From Dehalococcoidia bacterium (GTDB taxonomy: Bacteria > Chloroflexota > Dehalococcoidia > GIF9 > UBA5629): 64,000 nucleotides of DNA. Both the position numbers and the translations under genes were made by a program. The DNA is taken from assembly GCA_034436215.1 (NCBI GenBank), contig DAOTVU010000040.1:17780-81779 (forward strand), read 5' to 3'. Shown one piece after another: positions 1-9,338 of this stretch. Position 1 is the stretch's first letter, and every line of letters starts with the position of its first letter. The notes under the pieces are model-generated. The model worked only from the letters and a program-made list of their open reading frames with translations. It made no database searches and was not told where the DNA came from.

Positions 1-2188
1 TTTATTTTTAGCGAGCGACCCGATTATTAGAGAAAAAAACATCGAATTTATGCGCCAGAACGGGCTGGATGCTGATGGTTCCGAGGAATTACTCGAAGGA
101 CTTCTTAAGCTCGATAAGAATGGGTATGATGTCGTTATTATAGATGATGAGTTACAGGATATTAATGGTTACGAAGCATGTATAAAGGTCAGACAGCAGT
201 ATGAAATAAGTATAATTTTACTCGGGACAGTACCCGAGTCGGAGGCATGGTCCAGAATAGATGAGCTTGGTTTTGACCTATATTTAAAGAAGCCCGTAAG
301 TCCCCGTGAATTACTTGCCCGGGTAAAAGCGTTGATACGCAGACCGCTGGTTGAACGTAAAGCTGGAGGGGGAAAATCTCCGGAAGTTCCATCTACTTTA
401 TCAATTCCGGACAGGATGCAACAGGTAGCAGGATCTTCTACAAAAATGCCCGTACAGAATAATCCGCCAGTTGCAACCCAGCGTTTTACTCAGCAGGAGA
501 TAACCACCGGGGCGGCACCTGGAACCAAACTTCCAGTGGATAAAAGCGAAGATCGCGGCGAAGCAAAAATACCGCAGCACCAGGTATTCAACCAGCCTCG
601 TATGCCTGAGCCTCTAATTGATGCAGGCCGAGCAGAATCATCCTCTACTCCAACAGATTTCTCAGCGGCATATTCCAGGGAACCGGTTACGCCAGTACCA
701 CCCCCACCATCTGGACCACCCGATCAACAATACACTTACCAACAATCGACTACCCAGACCATCAAGCCTGCAACAGCCGAAATACCCGAATCAGTACCGG
801 TATATTATCCCGCCGAACCGAGTACGGATGTTCTGGCGGATGCCAGGATCATCAAACTGGTGGAGGCTCTGGTAAACGGCAAACTTGCGGATATAAATCC
901 TGTAGTGGATTTTAATCTAAAAATGGGTTTTGCCTATCCTGCGGTGGACAGTCTTCTCGATACCAGCGATCTGGAAACACTGAAAATTCTGGAAAATCTG
1001 GCTGCTGGCGGTATCCTCATCAAGGAGCCTTATGAAAGGTTTTATGTTGACCCCGACAATATGTTCCAGCTTGTGCCGATGGAATGCTGCCCGCATTGTG
1101 ATAATTGTGATCTGGTAAAAGGACAACTGGTAGAGCATTTTGCCTGTGGCTATGTCGGTCTGGATAAAGACTTCAAGCAGGATAGCCGCTACGTGTGTCC
1201 TAAATGCCGGAAGGATTTAAGACTTATAGGCACCGATTATCGAAATATCGGTATTCATTACCGTTGTGAGAGCTGCAACGAGATATTTACAACGCCGGTG
1301 GTTAAATGGCGTAATCTCAAGACACGAAAAGTGTGGAATTCTGAAGAGCTCAGGGAAATAGAAGTTTATTCATATCGCTTCAGCCCTGATAAACGGGGGT
1401 GGCTGGAATTCCAGTTAAAACCCAAAGCGCAATTGGTGGATTTTCTCAGATCACGTGGCTATCAGGTACAGGAGCTGGCGCAGATGACCGGACGCTCAGG
1501 CGCGGTTCATACGATAGATGTAATGGCTATCAGGGATGACGTTATCACCAGAATCAATCTCGGTATCGGCCTGCTGGTAGCTAATACCGGCGAGCCGGAG
1601 GTCGGATTGGATGCGCTTTTCAGATATGATACGAGAACCTACGATGTTGGTATTAATTATAAAGTAGTTATTGTGATACCAAAACTGAGTACTGAAGCCA
1701 TGAACTTCGCCAGACGGCAGATGATACGCGTGTTTGAAGCCAAAACACTGGCCTCAGTGGTTTCTAATATTACGGGCACTCCTCCCGTAGATACGAGCCG
1801 GCAGGACAATACGATTGTGGTAGATACCAGCAATGCACTGGGTAACGCAAGGTCGATTCTGACCAGGTTTCTTAGAAACAGGGGATATGAAGTCTATGAG
1901 CAGGCGTTGATTGTGGGAAAATCGGGCGTGGAACATATTTTTGATATTTTTGCACGCAGGGATGACCGAATTATTATCCCGACCATCGCTGTCGGTATAG
2001 CAATATCCCGTGGAAACCAGCCAGTGGAGATGGATGAGATATCCCGTTTTGACGCGGCGGCTTTTGATTCTGGGATCAAGAACAAAGTGTTTGTGGGAAT
2101 ACCATACATAAGTCTGCAGGCCAAGCAGTTTGCACGACAGCAAAAAATAGATATCCTCGAACAACAGGATTTAAATAAGATTATGTAA
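1..2188 (+). CDS. Response-regulator receiver (REC) domain protein, 5' partial (reading frame is open to the window edge). Carries a Pro/Gln-rich linker, a C4 zinc-ribbon cluster and two tandem degenerate Mrr_cat-like restriction-endonuclease-fold domains.
   Basis: The frame of the 50..2188 ORF stays open back to nt 2 (LFLASDPIIREKNIEFMRQNG...). The N-terminus matches the REC consensus: DPxIRE in helix 1, phospho-acceptor in VVIIDD, LGT (conserved Thr) and LKKPVSPRELLARVKALIRR (conserved Lys plus helix 5), so the true start is upstream of the window. Zn cluster ECCPHCDNC...CPKCRKD...CESCNE lies at nt ~1079-1280. Two homologous ~115-aa repeats (nt ~1430-1755 and ~1848-2165) share the motif RGY-V-E-x6-G(R/K)SG-x-H-(T/I)-(I/F)-D-(V/I)-x-A-x-RDD. 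Their layout matches Mrr_cat, but the catalytic (Q/E)xK is replaced by GIG/VGIA. Confidence 0.6.
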   Translation, partial: LFLASDPIIREKNIEFMRQNGLDADGSEELLEGLLKLDKNGYDVVIIDDELQDINGYEACIKVRQQYEISIILLGTVPESEAWSRIDELGFDLYLKKPVSPRELLARVKALIRRPLVERKAGGGKSPEVPSTLSIPDRMQQVAGSSTKMPVQNNPPVATQRFTQQEITTGAAPGTKLPVDKSEDRGEAKIPQHQVFNQPRMPEPLIDAGRAESSSTPTDFSAAYSREPVTPVPPPPSGPPDQQYTYQQSTTQTIKPATAEIPESVPVYYPAEPSTDVLADARIIKLVEALVNGKLADINPVVDFNLKMGFAYPAVDSLLDTSDLETLKILENLAAGGILIKEPYERFYVDPDNMFQLVPMECCPHCDNCDLVKGQLVEHFACGYVGLDKDFKQDSRYVCPKCRKDLRLIGTDYRNIGIHYRCESCNEIFTTPVVKWRNLKTRKVWNSEELREIEVYSYRFSPDKRGWLEFQLKPKAQLVDFLRSRGYQVQELAQMTGRSGAVHTIDVMAIRDDVITRINLGIGLLVANTGEPEVGLDALFRYDTRTYDVGINYKVVIVIPKLSTEAMNFARRQMIRVFEAKTLASVVSNITGTPPVDTSRQDNTIVVDTSNALGNARSILTRFLRNRGYEVYEQALIVGKSGVEHIFDIFARRDDRIIIPTIAVGIAISRGNQPVEMDEISRFDAAAFDSGIKNKVFVGIPYISLQAKQFARQQKIDILEQQDLNKIM

Positions 2189-2236
2189 ATAGGTCAGGGG
2201 TAGTAAGATAATAAGTACAACCAATAAAAGATCTTT

Positions 2237-3757
2237 ATGAATAATATATTTCTCGTCCTGACCGCTATAGTATTTCTGGTTTTGCTTACCGGGATTTTCT
2301 ATTTTATGCCCCTCGAGTCTATCTGGATAGCCGCCGGTGTGTTGCTTGCTATATTGCTTTACCATTTCTTATCCCGGCTCATCAAAGGAAGACAGATCAG
2401 AGAACCGAAACCCAGTAAATGGCAGAACCTTAGCTCACTTCTCGTTATCTTCATAGTTATCTTTGTACTTTTCGTGGTCATATTGCGTGAAGCTGTATCT
2501 TCTATCATGATCCATATACTGCTGGTATCCCTGATTTTTACCATGATGATAAATTTTCTTACCGTTCCACTGGCTATATTTCATAAATTGAGGGAGAAAA
2601 AGCAGGTTTCAACATCCAGCGATTTTAAGCCGAGGGTGAGTATTATCGTACCAGCCTATAATGAGGAAAAAGTGGTTGCCAGAACTATCGAGACCCTTCT
2701 GGAGGCAGATTATCCTAATAAAGAGATAATAGTTGTCGACGACGGCTCAAAGGATAATACATATGCAATTGCTTCGAAATATATTAATAAAGGGGTAAAG
2801 GTTGTCCACCGGCCTAACGGGGGCAAATTTGCCGCCCTGAATACCGGTATTGCCATGTCGTCAGGTGAAATTATTGTTACGGTGGATGCAGATAGTTTAA
2901 TAGCACGCGCCGCCATTGCTGAAATCGTAAAGGGATTTGAAGATCCGGAAGTCGCGGGCGTTGCAGGGAATTTAAAGGTATTTAATACGGATAAACTGAT
3001 CGGAAAGATACAGGCACTGGAATATATCGTCCAGATACAGGTTGTACGCCGGGCTTTCGAAAATTTCGGATCATTGACTGTTGCTTCGGGAGCATTCAGT
3101 GCCTTCCGCAAAAAGGCACTCGAAGAGATCGGCTGGTATGATCCCGATTATCTACTCGAGGATTTTGATATTACTATCAAATTGCTCAAATCCCACAGGA
3201 TATTACATGGGAACAACGAAGCTGTATGCTATACTGAAGCACCGGAAACGCTGCGCGACGTTTACAGACAACGACTGAGCTGGTTCCGTGGAGACTTCCA
3301 GAATTTCTGGAAACACCGCGATACTTTCTTCAATCCCAGATTTGGCATTATGCACAAGCTGACCTTTCCTTACATGCTGATCTCAATGACACTGGTACCC
3401 ATAGCCAGTATCGTGGTGATCATTACTTCAATTATCATGTTGATAAATGGTGAGTGGATGACTTTATTATTAGCATTTGCATTATTCACCACTTTGCAGA
3501 TATTGTTATCGATAATAGCCATTCTGATTGCAGAAGAGGATCTGAAACTGGTAATTTACGCGCCATTATTTATTGTCGGCTATAAGCAATTTCTGGATTT
3601 TACCATGCTAAAAGCCCTTATCGATATCATACTTGGCGGTGGTACATATCTGCGCCGCGAAAGGGTTGCCAGGGTAGGTGATTCTTCTGCGGGCAGGCGT
3701 ACGCCAAATGAGAATCTAACCACACAGACAGCAACCGAAACCGGTAAAAACACTTAA
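2237..3757 (+). CDS. Family-2 processive glycosyltransferase (membrane-embedded polysaccharide synthase, PgaC/IcaA/BcsA/NodC-like)
   Basis: N-terminal and C-terminal TM helices flank a GT-A domain. Motifs seen: SIIVPAYNEE, DDGSKDNT, VTVDADS (DxD) and QRLSWFRGDFQ (QxxRW, the processive-synthase signature). Confidence 0.8.
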   Translation: MNNIFLVLTAIVFLVLLTGIFYFMPLESIWIAAGVLLAILLYHFLSRLIKGRQIREPKPSKWQNLSSLLVIFIVIFVLFVVILREAVSSIMIHILLVSLIFTMMINFLTVPLAIFHKLREKKQVSTSSDFKPRVSIIVPAYNEEKVVARTIETLLEADYPNKEIIVVDDGSKDNTYAIASKYINKGVKVVHRPNGGKFAALNTGIAMSSGEIIVTVDADSLIARAAIAEIVKGFEDPEVAGVAGNLKVFNTDKLIGKIQALEYIVQIQVVRRAFENFGSLTVASGAFSAFRKKALEEIGWYDPDYLLEDFDITIKLLKSHRILHGNNEAVCYTEAPETLRDVYRQRLSWFRGDFQNFWKHRDTFFNPRFGIMHKLTFPYMLISMTLVPIASIVVIITSIIMLINGEWMTLLLAFALFTTLQILLSIIAILIAEEDLKLVIYAPLFIVGYKQFLDFTMLKALIDIILGGGTYLRRERVARVGDSSAGRRTPNENLTTQTATETGKNT

Positions 3758-3803
3758 ATTATATACGTGCAATGATGGTATCTTCTTAAGAGGAATTTTA
3801 AAA

Positions 3804-4769
3804 GTGAAGGAAATCTTAGACTATTATGCCGGAAAAAGAGTCCTGGTTACAGGCGGTGCCGGTTTTATCGGTTCGCATCTGGTTGAGAAATTGCTCAACC
3901 TGCAGGCATCCGTTAGCGTAATCGATATTATGCTGTGCGGAAATAAAATAGCCCATCTGGAAGGAAATAAGAATTTAAGGATATATAAAGCCGATGTAAC
4001 CGATTTACAGGCTATCACTCCCTTTTTTGATGGGCAGGACATTGTTTTTCATATGGCCGCAGTTGTGGGCGTTGAAGAAACACAGGACGAGCCGGTCAAC
4101 CTTCTCAATGTCGAGGTAGGAGGCACTGCCAATGTAATAGCACTGGCAGCAAAAAACAAAGTACATAGGTTTATTTTTGCTTCATCGTCCGAAGTCTATG
4201 GGGATTCTGCCGAGCCTATGAAGGAAGATGGCCCTTTCAATCCAAAGTCAACCTATGCACTTGCCAAGCTGATCGGCGAGCATTACTGCAAAGCTTATTA
4301 TAAAAAATATGGCCTCGAATATACTGTACTGCGCTATTTTAACTCGTATGGTCCTCGACAGGACGAGCGCTTCGTACTTTCTCGTTTTATTACGAGAGCT
4401 TTAAACGGGCACGAACTTCACATTTATGGCGACGGAACGCAAACGCGCGATTTCACCTACATTGATGATAGCGTTCATATGACCCTCCTGGCTGGCGCTA
4501 TGGTGACTGGTATTAATCAAATTTTTAATTTCGGTACCGGTCGTGCAGTGTCAATAAATACGCTGGCCGATCTTGTTCTGCAAAAACTGGGATTAAAGGA
4601 CAGGGTACCTGTCAAACACGTAGACTATGATCACAGAAGGACCCGGGAAATAGAGGTATTCCACAGGCTGGCCAATGTAGATCTGGCAGAGAAATTACTG
4701 GGTTACCGCCCGTTAATAGACCTGGAGACCGGAATCGAGAAATGCATTGCATGGTATCGCAGCCGCTGA
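3804..4769 (+). CDS. NAD-dependent epimerase/dehydratase (UDP-sugar 4-epimerase / UDP-glucuronate decarboxylase-like, extended SDR)
   Basis: GTG start. Rossmann motif VTGGAGFIGSH and catalytic YxxxK (YALAKLIGEHY). Length 321 aa, typical for the family. Confidence 0.85.
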   Translation: MKEILDYYAGKRVLVTGGAGFIGSHLVEKLLNLQASVSVIDIMLCGNKIAHLEGNKNLRIYKADVTDLQAITPFFDGQDIVFHMAAVVGVEETQDEPVNLLNVEVGGTANVIALAAKNKVHRFIFASSSEVYGDSAEPMKEDGPFNPKSTYALAKLIGEHYCKAYYKKYGLEYTVLRYFNSYGPRQDERFVLSRFITRALNGHELHIYGDGTQTRDFTYIDDSVHMTLLAGAMVTGINQIFNFGTGRAVSINTLADLVLQKLGLKDRVPVKHVDYDHRRTREIEVFHRLANVDLAEKLLGYRPLIDLETGIEKCIAWYRSR

Positions 4770-4783
4770 TATATGCAGACCAG

Positions 4784-6610
4784 CTATTTGGTAACCGATT
4801 TCTGACAAACGGAATAATTGTACCATTGTTCGAAGGTAGTTATCGTTCCCTGCTTTTTTGTCCAGTTGATTATTGGTTGAATCAAAGCGATCTTCTCTTT
4901 ATCAATGGTGCCATCTGAACGCACAAAGGCGTCGGGATGTATCGTGATGGCAGCTACCCCCAGATAACCAAGCAAGTAACATAAATTGGTCCCTATTTCA
5001 TTATAAAATTGTTCTTCATAGGCCGCATGGTATCTGCAGTAGTCAGCAATGCCGGCAGGCCGGCTGATATCAATTACATTACCCCATACCAGCCTTGTCT
5101 CATCCCACTCGCAAACATCGCTGGCAGTCGGTATTCGGTACATGCCCGCAGGATTCTTATGTCCATCTACGTCAACAGGCTCAACCGAGGGATTGGGCTC
5201 TTCGGTTATATGAGTGGAAAATATTTTGAAACCCGCATCCTGTACAGCCAGATATCCCATTCTATCCCATGAATCGGTAGGTACCGTTAAGGCCACAGGG
5301 TCCAAACCGAAATACTTTGCATAGCTATCGCGGGCTTTTCGAAGTTTCAATTTAATGTCGGTATATTCAGTTTGTGAACGGGCAGTATCGAGCTGGTAAA
5401 ACTCCCAATCATATCCGTGGACGCTTATACCGACCACACCCCGGTTGAGGTAATCCTTTATCCAGGGTATATCGTATGAATCGGCACCGTCGGCATTCGA
5501 CACTATGCCCAGATCAAGAGGTACATTATTTTTTTCGAACAGCAAAATTATCTCCCTGACAACATCCTCATAATACCCCTTAGCCACGTCATCGAGCCGA
5601 AAAATTATAGCTGGACCTCCATTGTAAGCCGGCATAATGCGTTTACCGGTCGTTGCCTCAGTCCACCGCACCTGGTAGCTGTACCAGTCCTCGGCAGAGG
5701 TTATGTCACCCTTCAATTGTAAGGTTTTAATCAAGCCATACAGCTGAGAGATCCGCAGAGGATCCACTTCACCGTTTGTATTGATAAATGACGATGGTAG
5801 TATTTCAACTGCTGCAGCCGCATTCCGATCAAGGGTCTGGTCAATAGTAGATTCAACGGCCTTATCAACTCTGGATAATATAGCAGTGTTTATAGCCTCA
5901 TTAGCCTTACCTTTCCTGGGCGGAGGAAGAGAATAGTCCAGGGTAGCCACGATAGGTAAGTAGTAGATACCTCGCGAGTCAGGCATTATCGACTGCGATT
6001 TATGGTCCACCGAAGGATTGTATGTATTTTGATAACCGGTGGCAATTACTCTGAAACCGGCGGCCAAAATCGCCGAATAGTTTATCTCTGAAAAATATAA
6101 ATCCGGTAATAAGCATGTCATAGGTTCATGTCCGAAGAAATCAGTTAACTCCTTGCGATATTTTGAAAGGTCGTCTATCAATTTACCGTAAAGCGGATCG
6201 TTTTTAGAAGTATCTGCCTCAAGCCATGCAATTGAATTACCATCAAAGCAGATATTTATCATGCCAGCATCAACAAAATCCTGTAAATATTTTAAGCTAT
6301 CATAGCTGCCATTCCCCGGTAAAGGCGGCAGAGCTACCTCTACTGCGACCCTTTGCCGTCCGAAGATCCGGATAATCTGATCCGTAGCCGATTTAAGGCT
6401 GTTATCGATTTGACTGATGATGAATACAATGGCACTACGATTACCCACATATGGGGGTGTGCTCACTTTACGTGTATGAATTTGCTGAACCTGTGATTTA
6501 TCGGGTTCCTGTCTCACCTGCGTTACAGGTATATACGAACATGCAATGATCGTTAGAAGGGTAAAAAATATGGCTAATTTTAAACCGCAGTTTACTATAC
6601 TGGATTTCAT
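4784..6610 (-). CDS. Lipoprotein with a C-terminal polysaccharide-deacetylase (CE4/NodB)-like domain and an N-terminal domain of unknown (possibly hydrolase) function; PelA/PgaB-like architecture
   Basis: Signal peptide plus lipobox (LLTIIAC). The C-terminal half has CE4-like motifs IIFRLDDV (cf. TFDDG) and SVHGYDW (His motif); the rest is divergent. 608 aa. Confidence 0.4.
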   Translation of the reverse strand: MKSSIVNCGLKLAIFFTLLTIIACSYIPVTQVRQEPDKSQVQQIHTRKVSTPPYVGNRSAIVFIISQIDNSLKSATDQIIRIFGRQRVAVEVALPPLPGNGSYDSLKYLQDFVDAGMINICFDGNSIAWLEADTSKNDPLYGKLIDDLSKYRKELTDFFGHEPMTCLLPDLYFSEINYSAILAAGFRVIATGYQNTYNPSVDHKSQSIMPDSRGIYYLPIVATLDYSLPPPRKGKANEAINTAILSRVDKAVESTIDQTLDRNAAAAVEILPSSFINTNGEVDPLRISQLYGLIKTLQLKGDITSAEDWYSYQVRWTEATTGKRIMPAYNGGPAIIFRLDDVAKGYYEDVVREIILLFEKNNVPLDLGIVSNADGADSYDIPWIKDYLNRGVVGISVHGYDWEFYQLDTARSQTEYTDIKLKLRKARDSYAKYFGLDPVALTVPTDSWDRMGYLAVQDAGFKIFSTHITEEPNPSVEPVDVDGHKNPAGMYRIPTASDVCEWDETRLVWGNVIDISRPAGIADYCRYHAAYEEQFYNEIGTNLCYLLGYLGVAAITIHPDAFVRSDGTIDKEKIALIQPIINWTKKQGTITTFEQWYNYSVCQKSVTK

Positions 6611-6690
6611 AACATAATATTAAGGATTTAATTGCGATGAGTCAAAATACGGTCAGAAGTTCATCCTACGCCGTAAAATACGTTATTATT

Positions 6691-7746
6691 ATGTGTATGC
6701 ACCGTAAATTTGCAACTGCCGAAATAATCATAATTCTATTATTTACCACATTTACCGGATGTGTATTTAAGCCTGATGGTACTAACATAACATTGCCGTC
6801 ATCGAATTTATCTGAAAACAGAGGTAATTTGACTTCATCGAGGATCATATACACAATGAAGGGCGTAGGCATCGATTTGCCGCCGGATGATTTTGCTGAT
6901 ATGAAAAAAGCAGGTATCGAAATACTGGGAACAGAGTGGGGTATGGAGGAAAGCATTGTGAGAGTAAGAGCTTTCCTTGATCAGGCAGAGAAAGCCGGAT
7001 TAAAGGTGGTGATGGATGGTGGTTTCAGTTATACCGCCTGGGGGTTCACAGATGATGATTGGGACAATTTGCCGCCTGGCAAACATCCCGTATGGCAAAA
7101 GGAAAGAGTTCAGAAATGGGTGGATGCCTTGAAGGATCATCCGGCTATATATGCCTGGGATATATGTAATGAATTCGGCGAAAATCTGCCCAGCGGAGCC
7201 GGTATCAGGGGATCAGATTGGCCCAGAGGTCGAATAACCTTGGAACAGATCAAACAGGCAAAGGCCGATATACAGGCAATAGACCCGACAAGACTGTTTC
7301 ATCTGCGAATGTACGGCTGGAACACTGAAAAAATGGAACCGCATATAAATGCGTTACTCTCGAGTGGGATAATAGATATCATATCTTTAAACCTGTATTC
7401 AAACTATCTGGAGAAGGGCAGGCTTGAATGGCCCGGGGTAATTCAGGATGCAGGACAATATTATGTTGATAAAATCAAAGAGCTTTCTCCCAAAACGAAG
7501 GTCTGGTTATCTATAGCGGCCTTTGAATATCCGGGGATATTTCAGCGGCCCACTAATTTTTCATTGATCAGAGATTTGAAATCTGCAACCAGAATAAAAA
7601 ATCTGGATGGGATTTCCTTTTTTTGCTGGGGCCCGGTTAGTCAATGGGATGACAAATGTAACTGGTACCTGCCGCAAACAGGAACCGATATATGGGACAT
7701 AATCAAAAGATATTTAAAGGATCCGCAGAAATTTGTCGCAAACTGA
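6691..7746 (+). CDS. Glycoside hydrolase, (beta/alpha)8 clan GH-A (GH5/GH113-like), lipoprotein
   Basis: The ORF opens at 6637; the likely start is an internal Met at 6691 or 6697, just before a lipobox (LLFTTFTGC). DICNEFGE matches the GH-A acid/base NEP motif and AAFEYPG is a candidate nucleophile Glu. Confidence 0.5.
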   Translation: MCMHRKFATAEIIIILLFTTFTGCVFKPDGTNITLPSSNLSENRGNLTSSRIIYTMKGVGIDLPPDDFADMKKAGIEILGTEWGMEESIVRVRAFLDQAEKAGLKVVMDGGFSYTAWGFTDDDWDNLPPGKHPVWQKERVQKWVDALKDHPAIYAWDICNEFGENLPSGAGIRGSDWPRGRITLEQIKQAKADIQAIDPTRLFHLRMYGWNTEKMEPHINALLSSGIIDIISLNLYSNYLEKGRLEWPGVIQDAGQYYVDKIKELSPKTKVWLSIAAFEYPGIFQRPTNFSLIRDLKSATRIKNLDGISFFCWGPVSQWDDKCNWYLPQTGTDIWDIIKRYLKDPQKFVAN

Positions 7747-7762
7747 TATTTAATTAGCTCTG

Positions 7763-9163
7763 CTATCGACTTATATTCAATAATTCCCTGGCTGCACGTT
7801 CGAGGTCAGGATCGTCTGTAAGCTCAATACATTTTTCCACATCCTGTCGGGCTTTAACCATATCGCCTAGCTCTTTATAGATTATTGCTCTGGTGTAGTA
7901 GGCCACCGCCATTTCATAATCGATTTTAATAGCCTCATTGCTATCCTTCAATGCCCGATCTAGTTCGCCTTTCTTATAATAGCACCAGGCGCGCCTGTCA
8001 TAAGCCTGAGCAAGCTTCGGATTGAGTTCAATTGCCCTATCGCAGTCCTTTATAGCATAATCCCATTGAGACAGGTTTATATAGGCCCATGCTCTGGTGG
8101 TATAGGCAAGAGCAAATTTGGGATTCAGCTCAATGGCTTTAGTAGCATCTACAAGCGCAAGATTATAAAGATGCTTCAATATGTAACCCCACGCACGCAT
8201 GTTATAAGCCAGAGCAAAGTTCGGATTCAATTCTATTGCTTTATTGCAGTCGTCCATCCCCATGGTCAACCAGTCCCGCGTGTAATCATATGATACCTTT
8301 TCAAAATAAACCCACGCTCTCATTGTATAGGCAAAAGGCAATTGGGGATTTAATTCGAGCGCTTTATTACAATCCTCAATAGCGATATCATGTCTTCCTT
8401 TCATTGTATTGGCCCATGCACGGTTTACGTAGGCCGTAGCTAATTTCGGTTCAAGCTCGATTGCTTTATTGCAATCTGCTATTGCCAGATCATATCCTCC
8501 CGTCTGGTTATATGCCCATGCGCGGTTAACATAGGCCAGAGGGATTGTCGGATCAAGATCGATGGTTTTGTTGCAATCTTCGATAGCCTGTTCATATTTG
8601 CCCATTTCATTATAAGACCATGCCCTGTTCATATAAGCGATAGCCCTGCCCGGAGCGATATCAATGGCACGATTACAGTCTTTAACAGCTTCTTCATATC
8701 TGCCTTTGGCATTCAGCGCCCATGCCCTGTTGATATATGCCAGTTCATTACGGGGGCTGATATCTATCGCCCTATCACAATCGGCCAGAGCCAGATCATA
8801 CAGGCCTTTTTCATTATAAGCCGAAGCGCGTGTGATATAGGCAAGCGCCATCCGTGAATTAATAGCCAGCGCCTTATTGCAATCCGCTATCGCAAGATCG
8901 TATTGACCGATCTGGTTGTAAGCCAGAGCCCTGTTTACAAAAATGATAGCTTGATGAGAGTCTCTGCTTATGGCTAAGGTGTATTCATCGACTGCCCTAT
9001 CATACTGTTTTTCGGCATAATAAACATTGCCCTTCTTATAATGCTCGGTTGGGGAATCAAGAAGATTACAGGAAGATAATACAGGCATCACTAAAGCTAT
9101 AAACACTATAACTGCTATGCTGGAAAATAATGTGTATATGCTGGCGTTCTTCGATAAATGCAT
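7763..9163 (-). CDS. TPR-repeat lipoprotein (about 12 tandem 34-aa TPR units)
   Basis: Lipobox VLSSC, followed by repeated A-Y-x-N-R-A-x-A-Y / AI-x-DC-x-KAIEL-(N/D)P units throughout. Confidence 0.8.
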   Translation of the reverse strand: MHLSKNASIYTLFSSIAVIVFIALVMPVLSSCNLLDSPTEHYKKGNVYYAEKQYDRAVDEYTLAISRDSHQAIIFVNRALAYNQIGQYDLAIADCNKALAINSRMALAYITRASAYNEKGLYDLALADCDRAIDISPRNELAYINRAWALNAKGRYEEAVKDCNRAIDIAPGRAIAYMNRAWSYNEMGKYEQAIEDCNKTIDLDPTIPLAYVNRAWAYNQTGGYDLAIADCNKAIELEPKLATAYVNRAWANTMKGRHDIAIEDCNKALELNPQLPFAYTMRAWVYFEKVSYDYTRDWLTMGMDDCNKAIELNPNFALAYNMRAWGYILKHLYNLALVDATKAIELNPKFALAYTTRAWAYINLSQWDYAIKDCDRAIELNPKLAQAYDRRAWCYYKKGELDRALKDSNEAIKIDYEMAVAYYTRAIIYKELGDMVKARQDVEKCIELTDDPDLERAARELLNISR

Positions 9164-9235
9164 TTGCAGTTAAGTATATCCAGAATGATGGGAATAGCAC
9201 AACTTACCTTGACGTATATATCTGGTTAATCTACT

Positions 9236-9265
9236 ATTAGACTAACGATTATTAGACTAACGATT
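9236..9265. repeat. Perfect tandem direct repeat, 2 x 15 bp (ATTAGACTAACGATT), in the divergent intergenic region
   Basis: Read directly from the sequence at 9236-9250 and 9251-9265. It sits between the TPR gene start (9163, minus strand) and the GT2 start (9339, plus strand). Confidence 0.9.
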
Positions 9266-9338
9266 ACAGGCGGTGAATTTACGCTGAGATGGCTTCCGGT
9301 CAGCGTTATATCTGCGTGATATCGACAGGATAAAATAA

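Noticed and set aside
189-2164. Several 60-136-aa ORFs on the minus strand inside the REC-protein gene (189-392, 917-1138, 1754-2164, 1894-2124)
   Set aside because: They are antisense to a long ORF that has clear domain homology and internal repeats. Their amino-acid composition is odd and there are no RBS or start contexts. They are typical shadow ORFs.
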